Source: an uncultured Bacteriovoracaceae bacterium
Lineage (GTDB): Bacteria > Bdellovibrionota > Bacteriovoracia > Bacteriovoracales > Bacteriovoracaceae
NCBI GenBank assembly: GCA_964012805.1
Contig: CAXGUD010000003.1
Location: forward strand, 1 to 64,000
Direction: 5' to 3'
Length of the DNA: 64,000 nucleotides
The translations under genes and the position numbers were made by a program. Of this stretch, positions 29,856-39,817 are shown in pieces. The first letter of the stretch is position 1; each line of letters starts with the position of its first letter. Below the pieces are notes generated by a model. That model had not been told where the DNA came from, did not search any database, and saw only the letters and a list, made by a program, of their open reading frames with translations.

Positions 29856-30644
29856 TTAATCCCTCGAAAAATGGGCCTCTCTTTTTTCAAAAAAGGCATT
29901 AAGTCCTTCTTTATAATTATCCGAGTGGCCTAATATTCTTTGGCAGTTGACTTCTTTTTCTATAGATTTTGCATAAGTTTCTTCTAATGAAAATTGTAAA
30001 TTTTGTTTTATCATTTTGACTGAGGCTGGTGATAAAGCATTAATTTTTTTAGCGAGCCCTTTTGAAAACTCTAAAGGGTTTTCGTCAATGAAGTTAACGA
30101 GCTTATTTTCAAAAAGGACTTCACTGGTAAGGGGTTCATTTAATAGAAAAAATTCCAAAGCCTTTTGGTAACCAAGTGCTCTTGTAAAAGTAAAAGAGCT
30201 TCCAGCGTCAGGGATGAGGCCTAATTTAGAAAAACCACTGATAAATTTAGTTTTAGGTTTTGCCACAATCAAGTCACAACTGACCGCCAAAGGAAGACCA
30301 GCTCCTGCACAAACGCCATTAATGGCGCCTATTACGACCTTTGAACTCTTCTTAATCGAATTCATAAGAGGGTTCCATTCTGTTTCAAGTGTGTGCCCAA
30401 GGTCAACTGTTCCACCATCTTTGATAGAAACGCTTCGATCATTTAGGTCTTGACCTGTGCAAAAGGCTTTTCCTTCACTAGTTATTATTATGGATCCAAT
30501 TTCTTTATTTTCTTCAGAGAGTCCAATTGCTTTTTGAATTTCGTCCTTTGACTCTTTGTTTAAAGCGTTATAGACCTCCGGCCTATTTATAATAATTAGG
30601 GCTGTTCTTTCTAAGCATTCAAATTTTATGTGTTTAAAGGTCAT
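29856..30644 (-). CDS. paaG: PaaG-like enoyl-CoA hydratase/oxepin-CoA isomerase
   Basis: FCTGQDL, DLGHTLE..WNP, GLIPDAG (Asp in place of the hydratase Glu). Confidence 0.8.
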   Translation of the reverse strand: MTFKHIKFECLERTALIIINRPEVYNALNKESKDEIQKAIGLSEENKEIGSIIITSEGKAFCTGQDLNDRSVSIKDGGTVDLGHTLETEWNPLMNSIKKSSKVVIGAINGVCAGAGLPLAVSCDLIVAKPKTKFISGFSKLGLIPDAGSSFTFTRALGYQKALEFFLLNEPLTSEVLFENKLVNFIDENPLEFSKGLAKKINALSPASVKMIKQNLQFSLEETYAKSIEKEVNCQRILGHSDNYKEGLNAFFEKREAHFSRD

Positions 30645-30726
30645 TTTTGTACCCTCATCATCTAAAGCTTCACTCCATATTATACACTGTGGTTTAAGCC
30701 TTAAAGATTAAACAGATATTATTTAG

Positions 30727-30792
30727 TTAAACTTTTCTTAAACTATTCTTAAACTATTCTTAAACTACTCTAAAAATATTCTTAAACTATTC
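30727..30792. repeat. Six tandem 11-bp units, consensus TTAAACTATTC
   Basis: ttaaacttttc/ttaaactattc/ttaaactattc/ttaaactactc/taaaaatattc/ttaaactattc. Confidence 0.9.
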
Positions 30793-30799
30793 AATTTAA

Positions 30800-31879
30800 C
30801 TATTTTAAGTAACCTCTTTCCTTTTGATCTCTTTCTATTGCATCAAAGAGGGCCTGAAAGTTGCCCTCTCCGAAGCCGTGATGATTTTTCCGTTGAATAT
30901 ATTCGAAAAAAAGTGGTCCAATATAAGTTTGGGAAAAAAGTTGGAGGAGATACCCTTCAGGGTCCCCATCAACTAAAATTTTATTTTTTTCTAATTCATT
31001 AAGGTCTTCAGTAACTTTAAAATCCCTTTTTGGAATGTCTTCATAATAAGTTTTTGGGATATCTAAAAATTGAAATTTTCTTTTGTGAAGCTCTTCGACG
31101 GTTTCTATAATATTGGTCGTTGTAAGAGCAATATGCTGAACACCAGGTCCTTTATGGAGGTCTAAAAATTCTTGAATTTGAGACTGGCCATCTTTTGTGT
31201 CTGGTTCGTTAATGGGAATAATTATCGCCCCATTCGGCATTTGAACTACTTTAGATTCAAGGCCTGTTTTAACTCCTTTTATGTCAAAGTATCGAGTCAC
31301 TTTAAAGCCATAGATTCTTTCATAAAACTCAACCCATTTCTTCATTTCACCGTGAGGTACGTTATTTGTCAGATGGTCAATTCTCGTAATGGGGCATGAG
31401 AGAGGTCGAGATTCGCTATCATTTTCAATCTTTTCGTAGCCTGGTTTAAAGATTTTTTTTGATGGTCTTTCAATGAACTCGTTTAAAACATCTCCAAAGC
31501 CTTGAATGCTTGCCGTTTTAAACACTCCATGCTCAGTCTCTTCCTTTTTGAGAGGTAGTACTTCTTTTGCGCCTCTTGATATTGCTTCTTTAAGGGCATG
31601 TTGTGCATCTTTAACTAGGAATGAAATTTTAGAGACACCTTCACCATGCTTGTCAAAATATTGTCTTGCTGGATTTGATGTATCTTTTGATGCGATCATT
31701 GAAAAATGAACTGATCCTTGTGAGAAAACGGCAGCTTCTAGTTCTTTGTTTTCAAAGGACTTATGAAACCCCATGTTATAAAAAAGTTTTGGTGTTTCTC
31801 CCATCATTGAGTCACAAGTGAACTCCAAATGATCAATGCTTACAAGGCCAAGGGGATTTTCTGACGAGTTTGGTGCCAC
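30800..31879 (-). CDS. hppD: 4-hydroxyphenylpyruvate dioxygenase
   Basis: IDHLTNN, SQIQEFL, GPGVQHIAL, FFEYIQR, GFGEGNFQALF; GTG at 31879 after AAGGA preferred to the track start 31906. Confidence 0.95.
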   Translation of the reverse strand: MAPNSSENPLGLVSIDHLEFTCDSMMGETPKLFYNMGFHKSFENKELEAAVFSQGSVHFSMIASKDTSNPARQYFDKHGEGVSKISFLVKDAQHALKEAISRGAKEVLPLKKEETEHGVFKTASIQGFGDVLNEFIERPSKKIFKPGYEKIENDSESRPLSCPITRIDHLTNNVPHGEMKKWVEFYERIYGFKVTRYFDIKGVKTGLESKVVQMPNGAIIIPINEPDTKDGQSQIQEFLDLHKGPGVQHIALTTTNIIETVEELHKRKFQFLDIPKTYYEDIPKRDFKVTEDLNELEKNKILVDGDPEGYLLQLFSQTYIGPLFFEYIQRKNHHGFGEGNFQALFDAIERDQKERGYLK

Positions 31880-32047
31880 AAGTAAATCCTTTTTTATTTT
31901 AAACAATTAGAATTTCACCAGTATCTTGGTATAGATTACCACTGTGATCAAGCTTTTTGTAGGTTCAAAAGCCTTTTGCGCTTTGTATAAAGAGCTTAAA
32001 TAAGGGTTATAATAGAAAAAAGTGACCTTTGGGAGGAATCTTTTCTT

Positions 32048-35000
32048 ATGACGACACAAATCATGACTGGAAATGAACTCATCATTCAAGGTGGACTTGA
32101 AGCAGGTTTCTCCTTGTATACCGGTTACCCTGGGTCACCCCTGGCAGATTATTTTAATATTTTAAATCATAAAAAAAATGAAATGCAGAAAAAAGGAATC
32201 CGTGTTGTTATAGGAAACTCGGAGGCCAATGCTGCTGCAATGGCAAGTGGAGCAAAGCAAGCTGGAAGAAATACTTTGCTTGCTATGAAGTCAATGGGTC
32301 TTCATGTTGCTTCCGATGCACTATCAGTTGGAAACTTTGCTAATCCTGGAATACCAGAGAAGGATCCAAAAACTGGAGAAGAGCTCAATCCAGGTGTCGT
32401 CGTAGTTGTTGGTGATGATCCTTGGTCGATTTCAACTTCAACTCCAGCAGACTCCAGGTACCTTTTTAAGCATCTTCACATACCTTTTTTAGAGCCTTCA
32501 ACTCCTCAGGAACTCAAAGATTGGATTAAAGTGGCTTTAACCATTTCTCAAAAAACTTCTGTTTATCAAGGCCTACTTTTAACTACGTTCATGGCCGAAG
32601 GGGGTGGTCGAGTAAAGTGTTATGAAGAGGTTACGGTTAACCAGGAGCTTGTCCACTTAGATCCAGATAAGTTTGATTTAAGCAAAAACGTCATGGTACC
32701 CCCTAATTCTCTTATGGCCGATCATGAAATGATTAAGCAGAGGTTTCCAAAAATAAAAGATGTCTTGAAAGAGATGGACTTAGATAGTTTGTTTGGAAAT
32801 AAAGAGTCCTCTGTGGGATTCATTTCTGCGGGAGTTGTTTTTGAAACTGTTAAACAAATTTTGGAGGAGAGGAACCTTTTAAAAAATTACTCTTTGTACA
32901 AAATTGCTTGTTCATATCCTTTAGTTGATGAACTTCTTTTACCTTATCTAAAAAATTTAGAAACGCTCATTGTTGTTGAAGAGAAAAGAGGGTTTTTAGA
33001 AACTGAGTTGAGGGAGCTTATAGATAGGCATGGATTGAACCTTAAGGTTTACGGGAAATCTTTTAAATCAGGGGAAGGTGAAAAAGATTTAGAAGGTTTT
33101 CCTGCTTTTGGAGGGATTTCCTACGAAATTCTTCAAGAGAAGATTGAAAAGTTAATGAAGATTCTTCATCTTGAGAATGGAATAAAGGAGGAAGTGGACT
33201 TTGACACCTGGGATAGTTTTTTTCCAAAAAGGTTGCCTACTTTTTGTCCTGGTTGTCCACACAGAGAAACCTTAAGTCTTTTGAAAGATTTACGGAAAGT
33301 TCTTAAACAAAAAGATATTAACCTAGTTTCTCACGGAGACGTGGGGTGCTACTCTCTTTCATTTTTAGAGCCTTTTAAAGAAATGCACAATCTTTCAGCA
33401 ATGGGACAGGGAGGTGCTTTAGGTTCTGGAGTTGATCTTTTTACAACAAATCCTTCAGTCGTTCTAATGGGGGATTCAACTTTCTTTCATTCAGGGCTGA
33501 CAGATATTTCTAACTCAGTTCAGATGGGGCACAACATTACTTATATTCTTCTAGACAATGACAATACTGCGATGACAGGTCATCAAATGACTCCTGTTAG
33601 TGGAGAAAGTGTTGAAGGGCTGAAGAGGCCACGTCAAGATATGCTCCCGATAGTTAAAGGACTTGGAGCTGAAACTGTATTGGAGGTTAACCCTTCAGAT
33701 CGCTACTTCTATAAGAATATATTACAGAAGATGGTAGAATCTAAAGGTGTTAAGGTCATTATCTCAAATAAAGAATGTGGTCTTACTTTTCATGGACGTC
33801 AAAAATCCTTGGAAAGGAAGAAGTTTTCCAAAGGGGAAACTCTAGAGACAAAAAGCTTTTATCAAATCAATACTGCTGTTTGTGAGGATTGTAGAGAATG
33901 TGTTGAAATGACAGGTTGTCCGGGCCTTTCCAGAACTTTTGATGGTTATGGGAGTAAAGTTTCAATAGATCCTCAGATTTGCGTTGCAGACAGCTATTGT
34001 ACTAAAATTAAAGTATGCCCTAGCTTTGAGTTAGTTGAAGTTTCAGATTATCATCCAACATTAAAAAAGGATCTGCAGTCTTCTAAAGCTCAAAATGATG
34101 ATTTGCCTTCTCCAGATATTGCAAAAACGTTGGACCTTATTTCTAAAGGGGAAGACTGGAGAGTTGTAGTAACTGGTGTTGGTGGTTCTGGGGTTACTAC
34201 GATATCAAGAATTTTGGCAGAAGCCTCAAAGGAGATGGATGGAAGGGATGATCTTGATTTTAAGTTTATGGATCAAAAAGGTCTAGCTCAAAGAAATGGG
34301 CGTGTGACAGGGCACTTATCTGTTTATAAGAAGGGTAAGAGCCAGGGAGCCGTGACTCCTTTAGGTAAAGCAGACCTTCTTTTATCTCCAGACCTTTTAG
34401 ATGGTTCTCAAGCAATTTCTTTCCTTTCAAAATCGGGTAAGGCCCTCATAGACAATGATTTCCAAGTACCATTAAGTATTCTATTAGATCGAGAACTTGA
34501 AAAAGATGCTCTCAAAGAAGAAAACCTTAGGAATGATTTAAAGGAAAAGCTTGGCGAAAGGCTTGTTTTAAAATCTTTAAAAAAGAAGTCTTATGAAGTC
34601 TTCGGTAAAAGTGTTTACGCTTCAGCAATGCTTTTAGGTTTAGCTTATCAGGCAGGAAAGATTCCTTTTACATCAGATAATCTTAAAGACTCTTTTGAAA
34701 AATCTCTTCCAAAAAGAGAAGTTGAAAGTAATTGGAATGCTTTTATTTTGGGAAGAAAACTCTACTTGTCTAAAGAAGATAACTTGGAGTTACAAGGACA
34801 TGAAAGTAAAGAAGATAATAATTTTTACCTTGAAAGTATTAAAGAAAGCTTTCTTCCATGGGAAAATAAAGACAAAACTCTTTCCTTTTTTGACCGTACA
34901 ATAAGAGAACTTTATGAGTTGTTTCCAGAAGTAAATAGGTCTTTTCTTTCTCAATATGTACATGATTTGGCGATATATAATAGAGGAGAAGAAGCCAGTG

Positions 35001-35485
35001 ATTTTTTAGAAGGTGCCAGGAAAATAAAAGATTTGTACCCTTCAAAGGATCAAATGGTAATGGCCTTAAGGACATGGGTCCGAACTTTTTGGATAAAAGA
35101 TGAGGTTTTTGTCGCTCATCTTATGTCTAGTCCTGGACAGCACCAAATTAACCAAAAAGCCTACTCGAAATTAGGCTCAAGTTACAAAGTGACTCACATT
35201 AATAGACCTCGTTTTGATATTTTTGGAAAGGTTATAGAGTTTGATATTAATCCTAAAAAGTGGATGTTAAAAATTATGAGGCATATGAGATATCTAAGAA
35301 GGTTGATGCCTCAGTGGCATCAGAAGGAAAAAAAGATCGCGGCTTTTATTAGAAACCAAATTATTGATGTGATTCCCCATTTAAAAGAGGAAGAAAAGAG
35401 GGGTGAACTCAAGAAGTGTGAAAATGTAAAAGGCTACAGAGAAGTAAGGTATGAAAAGTTTAAAGAATATTTTGGAGAGGTTTGA
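32048..35485 (+). CDS. Fused indolepyruvate/arylpyruvate:ferredoxin oxidoreductase (alpha + ferredoxin + beta)
   Basis: TGYPGSP, FCPGCPH, GDVGCY, GDSTFFHSG, AMTGHQ, CEDCREC..CP/CPSF, VTGVGGSG, GLAQRNG. Confidence 0.9.
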   Translation: MTTQIMTGNELIIQGGLEAGFSLYTGYPGSPLADYFNILNHKKNEMQKKGIRVVIGNSEANAAAMASGAKQAGRNTLLAMKSMGLHVASDALSVGNFANPGIPEKDPKTGEELNPGVVVVVGDDPWSISTSTPADSRYLFKHLHIPFLEPSTPQELKDWIKVALTISQKTSVYQGLLLTTFMAEGGGRVKCYEEVTVNQELVHLDPDKFDLSKNVMVPPNSLMADHEMIKQRFPKIKDVLKEMDLDSLFGNKESSVGFISAGVVFETVKQILEERNLLKNYSLYKIACSYPLVDELLLPYLKNLETLIVVEEKRGFLETELRELIDRHGLNLKVYGKSFKSGEGEKDLEGFPAFGGISYEILQEKIEKLMKILHLENGIKEEVDFDTWDSFFPKRLPTFCPGCPHRETLSLLKDLRKVLKQKDINLVSHGDVGCYSLSFLEPFKEMHNLSAMGQGGALGSGVDLFTTNPSVVLMGDSTFFHSGLTDISNSVQMGHNITYILLDNDNTAMTGHQMTPVSGESVEGLKRPRQDMLPIVKGLGAETVLEVNPSDRYFYKNILQKMVESKGVKVIISNKECGLTFHGRQKSLERKKFSKGETLETKSFYQINTAVCEDCRECVEMTGCPGLSRTFDGYGSKVSIDPQICVADSYCTKIKVCPSFELVEVSDYHPTLKKDLQSSKAQNDDLPSPDIAKTLDLISKGEDWRVVVTGVGGSGVTTISRILAEASKEMDGRDDLDFKFMDQKGLAQRNGRVTGHLSVYKKGKSQGAVTPLGKADLLLSPDLLDGSQAISFLSKSGKALIDNDFQVPLSILLDRELEKDALKEENLRNDLKEKLGERLVLKSLKKKSYEVFGKSVYASAMLLGLAYQAGKIPFTSDNLKDSFEKSLPKREVESNWNAFILGRKLYLSKEDNLELQGHESKEDNNFYLESIKESFLPWENKDKTLSFFDRTIRELYELFPEVNRSFLSQYVHDLAIYNRGEEASDFLEGARKIKDLYPSKDQMVMALRTWVRTFWIKDEVFVAHLMSSPGQHQINQKAYSKLGSSYKVTHINRPRFDIFGKVIEFDINPKKWMLKIMRHMRYLRRLMPQWHQKEKKIAAFIRNQIIDVIPHLKEEEKRGELKKCENVKGYREVRYEKFKEYFGEV

Positions 35486-36850
35486 GTGATAAGAGAAGCA
35501 GTTTCAGGAATTTTTACTTTTGGGAAAGAGGTTTTTATAACCCACAGGCAAAATTACTTGAGGGCCTTTCCTGGCTATCATGCTTTCCCGGGAGGTAAAG
35601 TTGATAAAGAAGACTCTTTGGAGGGAAATCAAGATGAACAAAAATTATTTTCTGAGGATGTTTTATTAAAGAAGTTTCCATTGCGCTTTATGAGGGCCCT
35701 CAATAGAGAAATGAAAGAAGAGTTGGGCATTGATATTTTAAAGCTTATTAAAAATAATTTAGTTAATGATATTCATGAAATTGGAATTGGGATAACTCCC
35801 GCATTTAATCCTTATCGCTATGACACTCATTTTTACATTATTGACCTCGCAGAAAAGGTTTCATTTGATGTTGCTAAAGATGAAGCTCAAGATGCCTATT
35901 GGTCTACTCCATCTGAGATTTTAGAAAATTATAAAAAAGCTCAAGTTATGGCCGTTCCTCCAATTATTGTAATCTTAGAAGCTTTAAGTTCGGATATAAA
36001 AAGAAGGGATTATGTTGAGCTGAGTCTAGATTATGACCCTGAATTAGAAATTCCAATGATTGAAAGTGTTTATGGAATTAAACAATTTATTCCTTTAAGC
36101 AATACAATTCCACCAGCGAATAGAACAAATTCTTTTCTTATTGGTGATAAAGGAGAAGCTTTTTTGATTGATCCTTCACCAAAAAATAAAGGTGAAAAAG
36201 AAAAGTTTTTGAAAAGTTTGGAAAATCATGAAGTGAATGGAGTTTTTTTAACTCATCATCATAAGGATCACCACGAATTTGCGCCAGACTTTGCCCTACA
36301 TTTTGGAGTGCCTCTTCTTTGCAGTAAAGACACTTATCAAAGAATCAGAAAAAATTGGGGTGAAAATTACTTTAAAGGTATTGAAGTAAAAGTTGTTGGT
36401 GAGGGAGATCTTCTTACCCACAGTTTGGGGAAAAAAGTTAACCTTTATCATGTACCAGGACATGATGAAGGGCAATTAGCTTTGGCCAATGAAAGCCTTG
36501 ACTGGTTCATTGCTGGAGATCTTATTCAGGGAATTGGGACTGTTGTTGTCGGTGGACCTGAAGGAAATATGAAAAAGTATATGAACTCTTTAGATAGAGT
36601 TATCAAGCTAGGACCTAGATTTATTTTTCCTTCTCACGGAATAGGTCTGGGAGGAACTTTCAAGATTGAGGAAACTTTAAAGCATCGCTTTATGAGAGAA
36701 AATCAAATAAGAGGGTTTTTGAAAGAGGGAAAGACTAAAGAAGAAATTTTAAAACTGATCTATCACGACATTTCTCCCCACTTACTTCCTTTGGCCATGA
36801 AAAATATTCATTCTCATCTAGAAAAGATTGAAGAAGATGAGAATGAATAA
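35486..36850 (+). CDS. NUDIX hydrolase - metallo-beta-lactamase-fold (LACTB2-like) fusion
   Basis: AFPGGKVD..REMKEELGI; THHHKDH, PGH, GD, PSHG. Confidence 0.85.
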   Translation: MIREAVSGIFTFGKEVFITHRQNYLRAFPGYHAFPGGKVDKEDSLEGNQDEQKLFSEDVLLKKFPLRFMRALNREMKEELGIDILKLIKNNLVNDIHEIGIGITPAFNPYRYDTHFYIIDLAEKVSFDVAKDEAQDAYWSTPSEILENYKKAQVMAVPPIIVILEALSSDIKRRDYVELSLDYDPELEIPMIESVYGIKQFIPLSNTIPPANRTNSFLIGDKGEAFLIDPSPKNKGEKEKFLKSLENHEVNGVFLTHHHKDHHEFAPDFALHFGVPLLCSKDTYQRIRKNWGENYFKGIEVKVVGEGDLLTHSLGKKVNLYHVPGHDEGQLALANESLDWFIAGDLIQGIGTVVVGGPEGNMKKYMNSLDRVIKLGPRFIFPSHGIGLGGTFKIEETLKHRFMRENQIRGFLKEGKTKEEILKLIYHDISPHLLPLAMKNIHSHLEKIEEDENE

Positions 36851-36859
36851 ACCTGGTCC

Positions 36860-37501
36860 TTACTTCTTTAGGAGGACGAAATAACCGACTGTTTTATTCT
36901 TTTTTAGAGTTTTTGTAATTTTGAATCCTCTTCCAATGACCATTTTATCGTTCAACTGGTGAAGATTATCTTTGAGTCCGCCACCATACACAATGCTTCT
37001 TTTGTTATTTTTGATTTTGGAAACACTACGTCCTTTCCAGGCATTAAACTTTTCTATAGGAATAATGCTTTTAAAGTCTTCACCGTAATCAATATAAATA
37101 TCACCGTTTTCTTCGTTCGTTTTGACCTCAAAGAAGCCAGGTCCTCCAAGGAATTCTATTTTACTTTTATTATATCCGAATATTTTATCTCCCTCTAAAG
37201 TATCTATGGTAAAAAAGTGTTTTTCGAATGCCTTAAAAATAGGGAAGCTGTTAACACCGAAAAATTTTTGAACTCTCATCGCTTGTCTCTTTTTAGGAGG
37301 AAGAAAAAAACTTAATCTTGGTTTTTCATTCCATCTAGATTCTTCAAAAAGGCAAGCCATATCCTTTTTCTTGAGCTTTTTTAATATTTCTTGCTTTTCC
37401 TCGAAGCTTTTATAAAGGAGTGAACTGTTCAACTTTTCAAGACAGGCAAAAGAATGAACTCCATTTAACAATAGAACAACTGAAACGATCCATTTGGTCA
37501 T
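36860..37501 (-). CDS. Hypothetical exported protein
   Basis: Signal peptide, RBS GGAGG, 213 aa ORF. Confidence 0.7.
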   Translation of the reverse strand: MTKWIVSVVLLLNGVHSFACLEKLNSSLLYKSFEEKQEILKKLKKKDMACLFEESRWNEKPRLSFFLPPKKRQAMRVQKFFGVNSFPIFKAFEKHFFTIDTLEGDKIFGYNKSKIEFLGGPGFFEVKTNEENGDIYIDYGEDFKSIIPIEKFNAWKGRSVSKIKNNKRSIVYGGGLKDNLHQLNDKMVIGRGFKITKTLKKNKTVGYFVLLKK

Positions 37502-37667
37502 TAAAAACCTCCGTTTTAACTCAGGTAAAAATTCTTAATTGATTTATTTTCATAGAAGATAAATCAACAATTGCTCCACCACAATAAAAAAGCGTCAAGA
37601 CATTTTTATTTTTTCCGAAAGATACTATGAATTTAGGATTTTTTTTAAACGCCTAAGGAGAGATTTC

Positions 37668-38039
37668 ATGGCCAGAATACTTATCATAGATGATTCAGAT
37701 TCAGTAAGGTCAACCTTGAAAAACCTTTTGACAGAAATGAAACATCAGGTCGTTGAAGCAGAAGACGGACAGATTGCTCTTGAAATATTGGATAATGAAC
37801 AAAACTTTGATCTAATCATGTGCGATGTGAATATGCCTAATGTTAATGGAATGGAGTTCATAGAGCAGCAAAGTGCTCGAGAAGGGATAAAGTCTATTCC
37901 AACTATCATGTGTACGACAGAATCACACCCAAAGTTAGTTTTGAAAGCTAAGCGAGTTGGTGTAGTTAGGGCATGGTTAGTTAAGCCTTTTAAAGCACAA
38001 AGATTAAAGGAAACCTTAGAAAGGATTTTACCTGCTTAA
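37668..38039 (+). CDS. Single-domain CheY-like response regulator
   Basis: IIDDS, CDVNMP, CTTES, WLVKPF; resembles 15218..15586. Confidence 0.92.
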   Translation: MARILIIDDSDSVRSTLKNLLTEMKHQVVEAEDGQIALEILDNEQNFDLIMCDVNMPNVNGMEFIEQQSAREGIKSIPTIMCTTESHPKLVLKAKRVGVVRAWLVKPFKAQRLKETLERILPA

Positions 38040-38176
38040 CACCCCCTCTTATTTATCCATCAACATAAAATTATGAGAAGCTAAGTGCCAACTTTTCTAT
38101 CTAACAAGGGTGGTCTTGTCACTTAGCGGAATTTTTTTAATAATTCCCGCGTTTGTCAAATATCGGAGAATAACGG

Positions 38177-39802
38177 ATGGATATTTTAACTTCCCATGTG
38201 GACTGTTCTTCCCCCCTTTTTAAAGAAAATGAAGGTTTTCACCTTGGCTTAAAGGATGAGCTGAGAAGTAGACTCGAACATGTTAAGAAAGGTGGCGGTG
38301 AAAAATCTATTGAGCGTCATAGAAAAAGGAAAAAGTTATTACCTAGAGAGAGGATTGAGAAGATTCTCGATGAGGGTTCCCCTTTTCTAGAATTAAGTCC
38401 ACTTGCAGCTTTTGATCTTTACCGAGAAGAAGTGCCAAGCGCGGCAATTGTTTGTGGAATTGGAAGAATTCATGGTGTTGAGTGCATGCTTATTGCCAAT
38501 GACGCAACTGTTAAGGGCGGGACTTACTTTCCAATGACAGTTAAGAAGCACCTACGTGCTCAAGAGGTAGCACTTGAAAATAGTTTGCCATGTGTCTATT
38601 TAGTAGACTCTGGTGGGGCTTTCCTTCCCAAACAAGATGAAGTTTTTCCAGATAAGGAACATTTTGGGAGAATCTTTTTTAATCAGGCGCAAATGTCTGG
38701 AAGAGGAATCCCTCAAGTGGCGGTTGTGCTAGGTTCTTGCACTGCTGGTGGAGCTTACGTTCCAGCAATGGCCGATGAGTCAGTCATTGTGAAAAAAAAT
38801 GGGACAATTTTTTTAGCGGGACCTCCTTTGGTGAAAGCTGCAACAGGTGAAGAAGTAACGGCTGAAGAGCTTGGAGGAGCAAGTGTTCACACTTCCCAAA
38901 GTGGTGTGGCCGATCATTTTGCAGAAGATGAAGAAGAAGCCTTAGAGATTACAAGAAATATAATTGAAAATTTAAATTATAAGTCCAAGGGTTATCTTTT
39001 AAGGCAAAAAGAAATTAAAAAAGAGGTTAAGCCTCCTGTTTATGATGCCAAAGAGCTCTATGGAATCGTAAATAAAGATACGAAAATCCCTTTTGATGTT
39101 AGAGAAGTTATTGCAAGACTTGTCGATGGATCAGAGTTTCATGAATTTAAAGAGAGGTTTGGGACAACCTTGGTTTGCGGCTTTGCTCACCTTTATGGTC
39201 ACCCAGTTGGAATTGTGGCAAATAATGGAATTCTTTTTTCTGAAAGTGCGGTTAAAGGAGCTCACTTTATTGAACTTTGTGGTCAAAGGAAAATCCCCCT
39301 TATTTTTCTTCAAAATATAACAGGCTTTATGGTTGGAAAAAAATATGAGGGAGAAGGTATTGCTAAACATGGAGCTAAAATGGTGACGGCTGTCTCAACC
39401 GTGAAGGTTCCTAAGTTAACTGTCATTATTGGAGGCTCATTTGGAGCAGGAAACTATGGAATGTGTGGACGAGCTTACAGTCCTCGCTTTTTGTGGATGT
39501 GGCCTAACGCAAGAATCTCGGTCATGGGAGGAGAACAAGCAGCTGGAGTTTTAAGCACTATTAGAAATACTAACTTAACGACGAAAGGCGAGTCAGAGAT
39601 GACTGATGATGAACGACAGGATTTCGAGAAGCCTATATTGGAAAAATATGAAAGAGAAGGATGCGCTTATTATGGCTCCGCTCGCCTTTGGGATGACGGT
39701 GTTATTGACCCTTCTCAAACAAGAGAAGTTCTCGCTCTTGGCTTGGAAGCTGCCTTGAATACTGAAATTGAAGAAACTCGTTTTGGGGTTTTCCGAATGT
39801 AG
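38177..39802 (+). CDS. liuB: Methylcrotonyl-CoA carboxylase carboxyltransferase subunit
   Basis: [41 protein letters not shown]. Confidence 0.92.
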   Translation: MDILTSHVDCSSPLFKENEGFHLGLKDELRSRLEHVKKGGGEKSIERHRKRKKLLPRERIEKILDEGSPFLELSPLAAFDLYREEVPSAAIVCGIGRIHGVECMLIANDATVKGGTYFPMTVKKHLRAQEVALENSLPCVYLVDSGGAFLPKQDEVFPDKEHFGRIFFNQAQMSGRGIPQVAVVLGSCTAGGAYVPAMADESVIVKKNGTIFLAGPPLVKAATGEEVTAEELGGASVHTSQSGVADHFAEDEEEALEITRNIIENLNYKSKGYLLRQKEIKKEVKPPVYDAKELYGIVNKDTKIPFDVREVIARLVDGSEFHEFKERFGTTLVCGFAHLYGHPVGIVANNGILFSESAVKGAHFIELCGQRKIPLIFLQNITGFMVGKKYEGEGIAKHGAKMVTAVSTVKVPKLTVIIGGSFGAGNYGMCGRAYSPRFLWMWPNARISVMGGEQAAGVLSTIRNTNLTTKGESEMTDDERQDFEKPILEKYEREGCAYYGSARLWDDGVIDPSQTREVLALGLEAALNTEIEETRFGVFRM

Positions 39803-39817
39803 AAATTTTGAGGGGGT

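Noticed and set aside
30727..30792. Repeat as a CRISPR array
   Set aside because: 11-bp contiguous units with no spacers; no cas genes.
31907..32089. 60-aa ORF upstream of hppD as a leader peptide
   Set aside because: Overlaps the Ior start on the other strand and spans the probable promoter region; no support.
38075..38091. Sigma54 promoter (TGGCAC on the minus strand)
   Set aside because: No GC at the -12 position, and it points antisense to the nearby gene.
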